A stretch of DNA of 64,000 nucleotides from Dudresnaya verticillata (Eukaryota). The stretch covers positions 3,968,001 to 4,032,000 of the forward strand of contig OZ374557.1 of assembly GCA_977862235.1 (NCBI GenBank), in the 5' to 3' direction. The notes below the pieces were generated by a model, which ran no database searches, was not told the origin of the DNA, and was given only the letters and a program-made list of their open reading frames with translations. The position numbers were made by a program, and so were the translations under genes. The first letter of the stretch is position 1, and each line of letters begins with the position of its first letter. Positions 60,332-64,000 of the stretch are shown here, piece after piece.

Positions 60332-62634
60332 TCTATCATCGACATATGGTGTGGGGCAACCGACCCTGCGGGAGTAGCCCGTGTGCTGTAGTAGGGGGAG
60401 CGCCGCCATGATTAGGACTTATTAAAGTTTGCCTGGTTGTTGGTTCGTTTTGGCGCTGTGTATCGCTTTGAAGGGAGTTCACCTTAGAGGTTTGTAAGAT
60501 GTAGTAGTCCTCATTGGTAGCTGCCGGCGAGCGACGGGTCGCGACATGTCGACATTGAGGCGTATGCCGTGTGGTGTGGAATTCCACATTTCGTCAGCGA
60601 CTTGCACGTAGATGTGCCCCGGCCGCTTGGCTTGCGAATTCTCAAGGCCGTTGCTGGCTAAAGGCAGTATGTACGGATTTCCGTTTTGGGCATGGCTCCC
60701 TATTCCAACTTAGTCGTGATCGACTTGGGGAGGAGACGAGGTGTACTTGCGGTCGTCCGCTACGATGGGCCGCTGTATGGGTACATGGCAGGTGATTGGT
60801 GCGGGGCATATTGGCACCATCATCGCCCAATAGTTGGAGTTAGTGTGGCCTGCAGTACGTGACCTGCCGGGAGTACAGTAGCCCAGTCGTGTACTGTGGC
60901 ACCGCCACATTAATTGTGCGCATGTACAGACAGCTGTTATCGGGCATGGTTGATTCTGGGCATGCTGACCCATTCGCGCCAGCGTTTCCCTGAGTATACT
61001 CAACTATAGTTATGCGGTGAGGCGACCCCAAGTGGGTCGGCCAACGACTTAGTCGAGTTCGACGGAGCATAGTGGGACGTAGCCTAGATGAGTGGAATGC
61101 CGCGCGACTTAGTGTCATGACAACGGTAGTGATGCCAATGTGCTTGGGCGCGAACTTTCGGCTGTGTGGACCACCACTATTGCGAACGACGTGGCAGTGG
61201 GTGCCGCGTGGGACTCTTAGCGATTACGAAATTCCGTTGTAAGCATAACTGCTTTTAAACACACACACCCATGCAATTGTAGCGTCAGCCTAGGTGATAG
61301 GGAGGTGGTGGTTGGTTGTGGCCTTTGTAGGGGTGTTCCCCAGTTGTTGGGCATACAAGCGGTTCCGTGGGACACCACATCCTAGTGAGGTAGGGAGCGT
61401 CGCGTCGGGTCTGATGCGTACATCTCGCGATGTGGATTTCCACTTTTAATGCACACCCTGTGTGAAGACGTCCCCGTTCCCACGGGGTAGCGGATGCCTA
61501 AGGCCATCGGTTGTTCAACCCCGCGATTACGGAATACCGTATTATTCCTAACTGCTTTTGTAGCTAAGCCGTAAACGACTGGGAGGTGGCAGTAGCGCGC
61601 GACTGCGAATTTCTGCGGGCTGTGTAGAGGCGTTCCCCATTAGATTTGCTAAGAGGGGCATTATGGGGCGCCTCATACCCGAAGGGTCACGAGCGTTGCG
61701 TTAGTTTCGACGCGAATGCGCTGAGATGCGGGGTTCCGCCTGCGGTATACAACCTATGCCAAGGCGTTCCCCTCCTCATGGGGGAACGAATGCTCAAGGC
61801 CGTTGGTGGGTCGGGGCAGTGATTACGGAATTCCGTGTTGTGCATGCTCGTCTGTGTTGACTTAGTCGTATTCGACTTTGGGAGAGACGATGGTGATCAA
61901 TTCCGGCAGACCGCTAGGGTGAGTGGGTGCGCGTAGGGAGTATTTGATTGGTGCTGCGATAATTGATATCGCGTCTGACCAATTTGGTACTATACCGTGG
62001 CGTACAGTACTCCCGTTGTGGGCGCGGCAACTACTGTGGCATCGACTCTTCAACGTGGTATGTCAACTTCATTTGTGGCTTAGCAGCTGCCTGCACGAGT
62101 CTTATTTTGGGGCTAGCCCACCATTGCTCTTGTAGTGGTGGCGGGGACGCCGAGGCGTCTTTTCTTACAATAGGAGATAACTTGACTCCGCGGTAGGTGT
62201 TGTATGGGCTCCCATGTATTTTGCGACGACGGGTACCCGTACTATTTGACTTCAAACAGGAGTTCTGTATTGTCATAACCGTGGTTCACCACTTTTTCTA
62301 TGACTTACTCGTCACGTTGCGTTATGTTCGCATTGCGTCGGTGCTTTGGTGGCATTGTGTCATCCGGAGTCAGTGTTTGAGGTGGATCCTCTAGCTGAGT
62401 GTCAGGTGGTGACACGCGTGGCGCGACTGCGGCAATACGGCAACTCCGTCTGGGGCTTGGCGCGCCAATGGTCGCGGTGGTGACTTGATTGCGGTCTGTC
62501 GCTTCTGGTTCGAGGCTCCGACTCACGAGAGGCCGCTTAGGGATTTCCCTAATGCTGTCGTCAAATGTGACTCTCTTTCTTGGTGAGCGTGGAGAATTCT
62601 CCTGGTTATGGTTTTGCGTTCTCGACGCGTCTGG

Positions 62635-64000
62635 TCACACGTCACGTGTCGTGCTCTTAGGAGCGTGATCCTTCCCAGCAGTGGGTAGGGTTTCAGCCTG
62701 ACTACGGGAGCGTAGCTTGAGGCCTGTATTGCGCGCGGGTTGCCGTTGACGAGGCATTTCCCCCTCGAAGTACAGTAGCTCCGGCGGAGTACTGTACTCG
62801 AGTATCATCATTGCGGAGACCGTCCGGTGGCGGAGAATCCGCATTAACTGGGCCTGCCATCCCTTCAGTAGCAGTGTCGGCATTCGTGTCCCTTGGGGAA
62901 CAGGGGCCAGCACTACTCTATCGCGGGAAATCCGCTCGTATTCAGGCCCATCTTTCTCGATGGTGACCGTTTTGTTGTTTGCGTCGCTAACGCGGTAGGG
63001 ACCATCGGCGATGAGCGCCAGCTTATGCTTTGGGGTGTCCTTCCCATAGTATTCCTTTCGCACCTATACGTAGGAGTCTACTCCAATGACGTCGCGTGAG
63101 GGACGTACCCGAATATCGAAGTTGCGCTTGTATCGCGCTTGTGTCTGTCCAATACCTTTGGTGGCCGTTGACAGTAGTCCTGTGAGCCAAGACTGACACT
63201 TGGCGTGGAATGTAGCCAAACTCGGCACTGGTTCCAGTGAGGGATGCGCCTCGACGCTCAGTGCGGGAGGTGGTCTGGATAGTACCAACTGAAACGGGGC
63301 CAGGTTCGTAGTGGAATGAACTTGCGTATTGTATGCGTAGGTGATGGAATCTGAGAACAAATCCCATTCACGCGGATTATCCGCAACGTAGTGCAGTAGC
63401 GCAGTGCGCATTGTGCGGTTGAACCGCTCAACCTGCTAATTGCATTGGGGGTGATAGGTTGTAGTAAAGAGGTTTTTGATCCCCAATGTTCCACATAACG
63501 ACTGGAACAACCTTTGCGGCAAATTGCCCGCCATTGTCCGATAGTAGGTACAACGGAGGTCCGTAGACGTAGACCCAATGCGTAATGAACGCTTCGGCGA
63601 CTTTTGCAGCCGTAATCTTCTTCATCGAACCTGTCCGAACGAGCTAGGAGAAACGGTCTGTGATGACCAAGAGGAATCGATTACCTCGTTTTGTGCGAAT
63701 CAGTTCGCCATAGATATCAATGGAGACAAACTCCAGGGGTGATTTTGCTGGAAACAGCTTCATGTGCTTTGTATTGCGGAGTAGCATGACGCGATTGCGT
63801 GCACAGGTTGTGCAGTTCCGTACAGTGGCATAACACTCCACAGCCATAGAAGGCCAGTAGAATGATCTACGAAGCGAGTAATACATTTTGCAACCACTGG
63901 GGTGTCCAGATAGTTTCGGGAAGTGTGCCATGTGTAACACACGTACACGGAGAGAGAATGGTATCACAATTTGAGGGAGTGCCTCTCGTGTGCGAATGAG
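62635..64000 (-). pseudogene. E5 integrase, frameshifted
   Basis: AHFPKLSGHP..CTTC, FVSIDIYGEL, ITDRFS, SDNGGQF, YAYNTQVHSTT, GPY. Confidence 0.9.

Larger units (their letters stand above)
57696..64000 (-). mobile_element. E5: gypsy element (integrase, spacer, antisense gene, 3' LTR); continues past the window end
   Basis: Integrase fragments 62635-63967; PPT GGGGGGAGA (58475-58483); LTR D. Confidence 0.85.

Noticed and set aside
61862..62600. Chromodomain at the end of E5 integrase
   Set aside because: I could not find a Y/F-x-V...VxW-x-GY pattern in the frames read; it is absent or too decayed.

Overview
Eukaryotic DNA, probably red algal (inferred from the intron-poor genes, CTAAC branch points and the retroelement type). 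About 75% of the window is a nest of decayed Ty3/gypsy LTR retrotransposons, most with a chromodomain integrase. I resolved at least five LTR types, two solo LTRs with 5-bp target-site duplications, and several truncated or chimeric copies. Three host loci lie among them: an intact two-exon ADF/cofilin gene, an intronless UPL3/TRIP12-type HECT E3 ligase, and a 5'-truncated, frameshifted GCN1 fragment. Two features stand out. (1) Three elements with different LTRs carry, between pol and the 3' LTR, an antisense gene for the same unrecognised Trp/Arg-rich protein family; one copy ends in SUMO-site and SIM-like motifs. (2) Individual families are dense with their own short palindrome (CCGTWACGG in family B, CGTCGACG in E1), in all reading frames and in LTRs. 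Together these suggest, as a hypothesis only, a retrotransposon-encoded trans factor plus cis motif system analogous to VANC anti-silencing in VANDAL transposons. All counts and alignments were done by eye.
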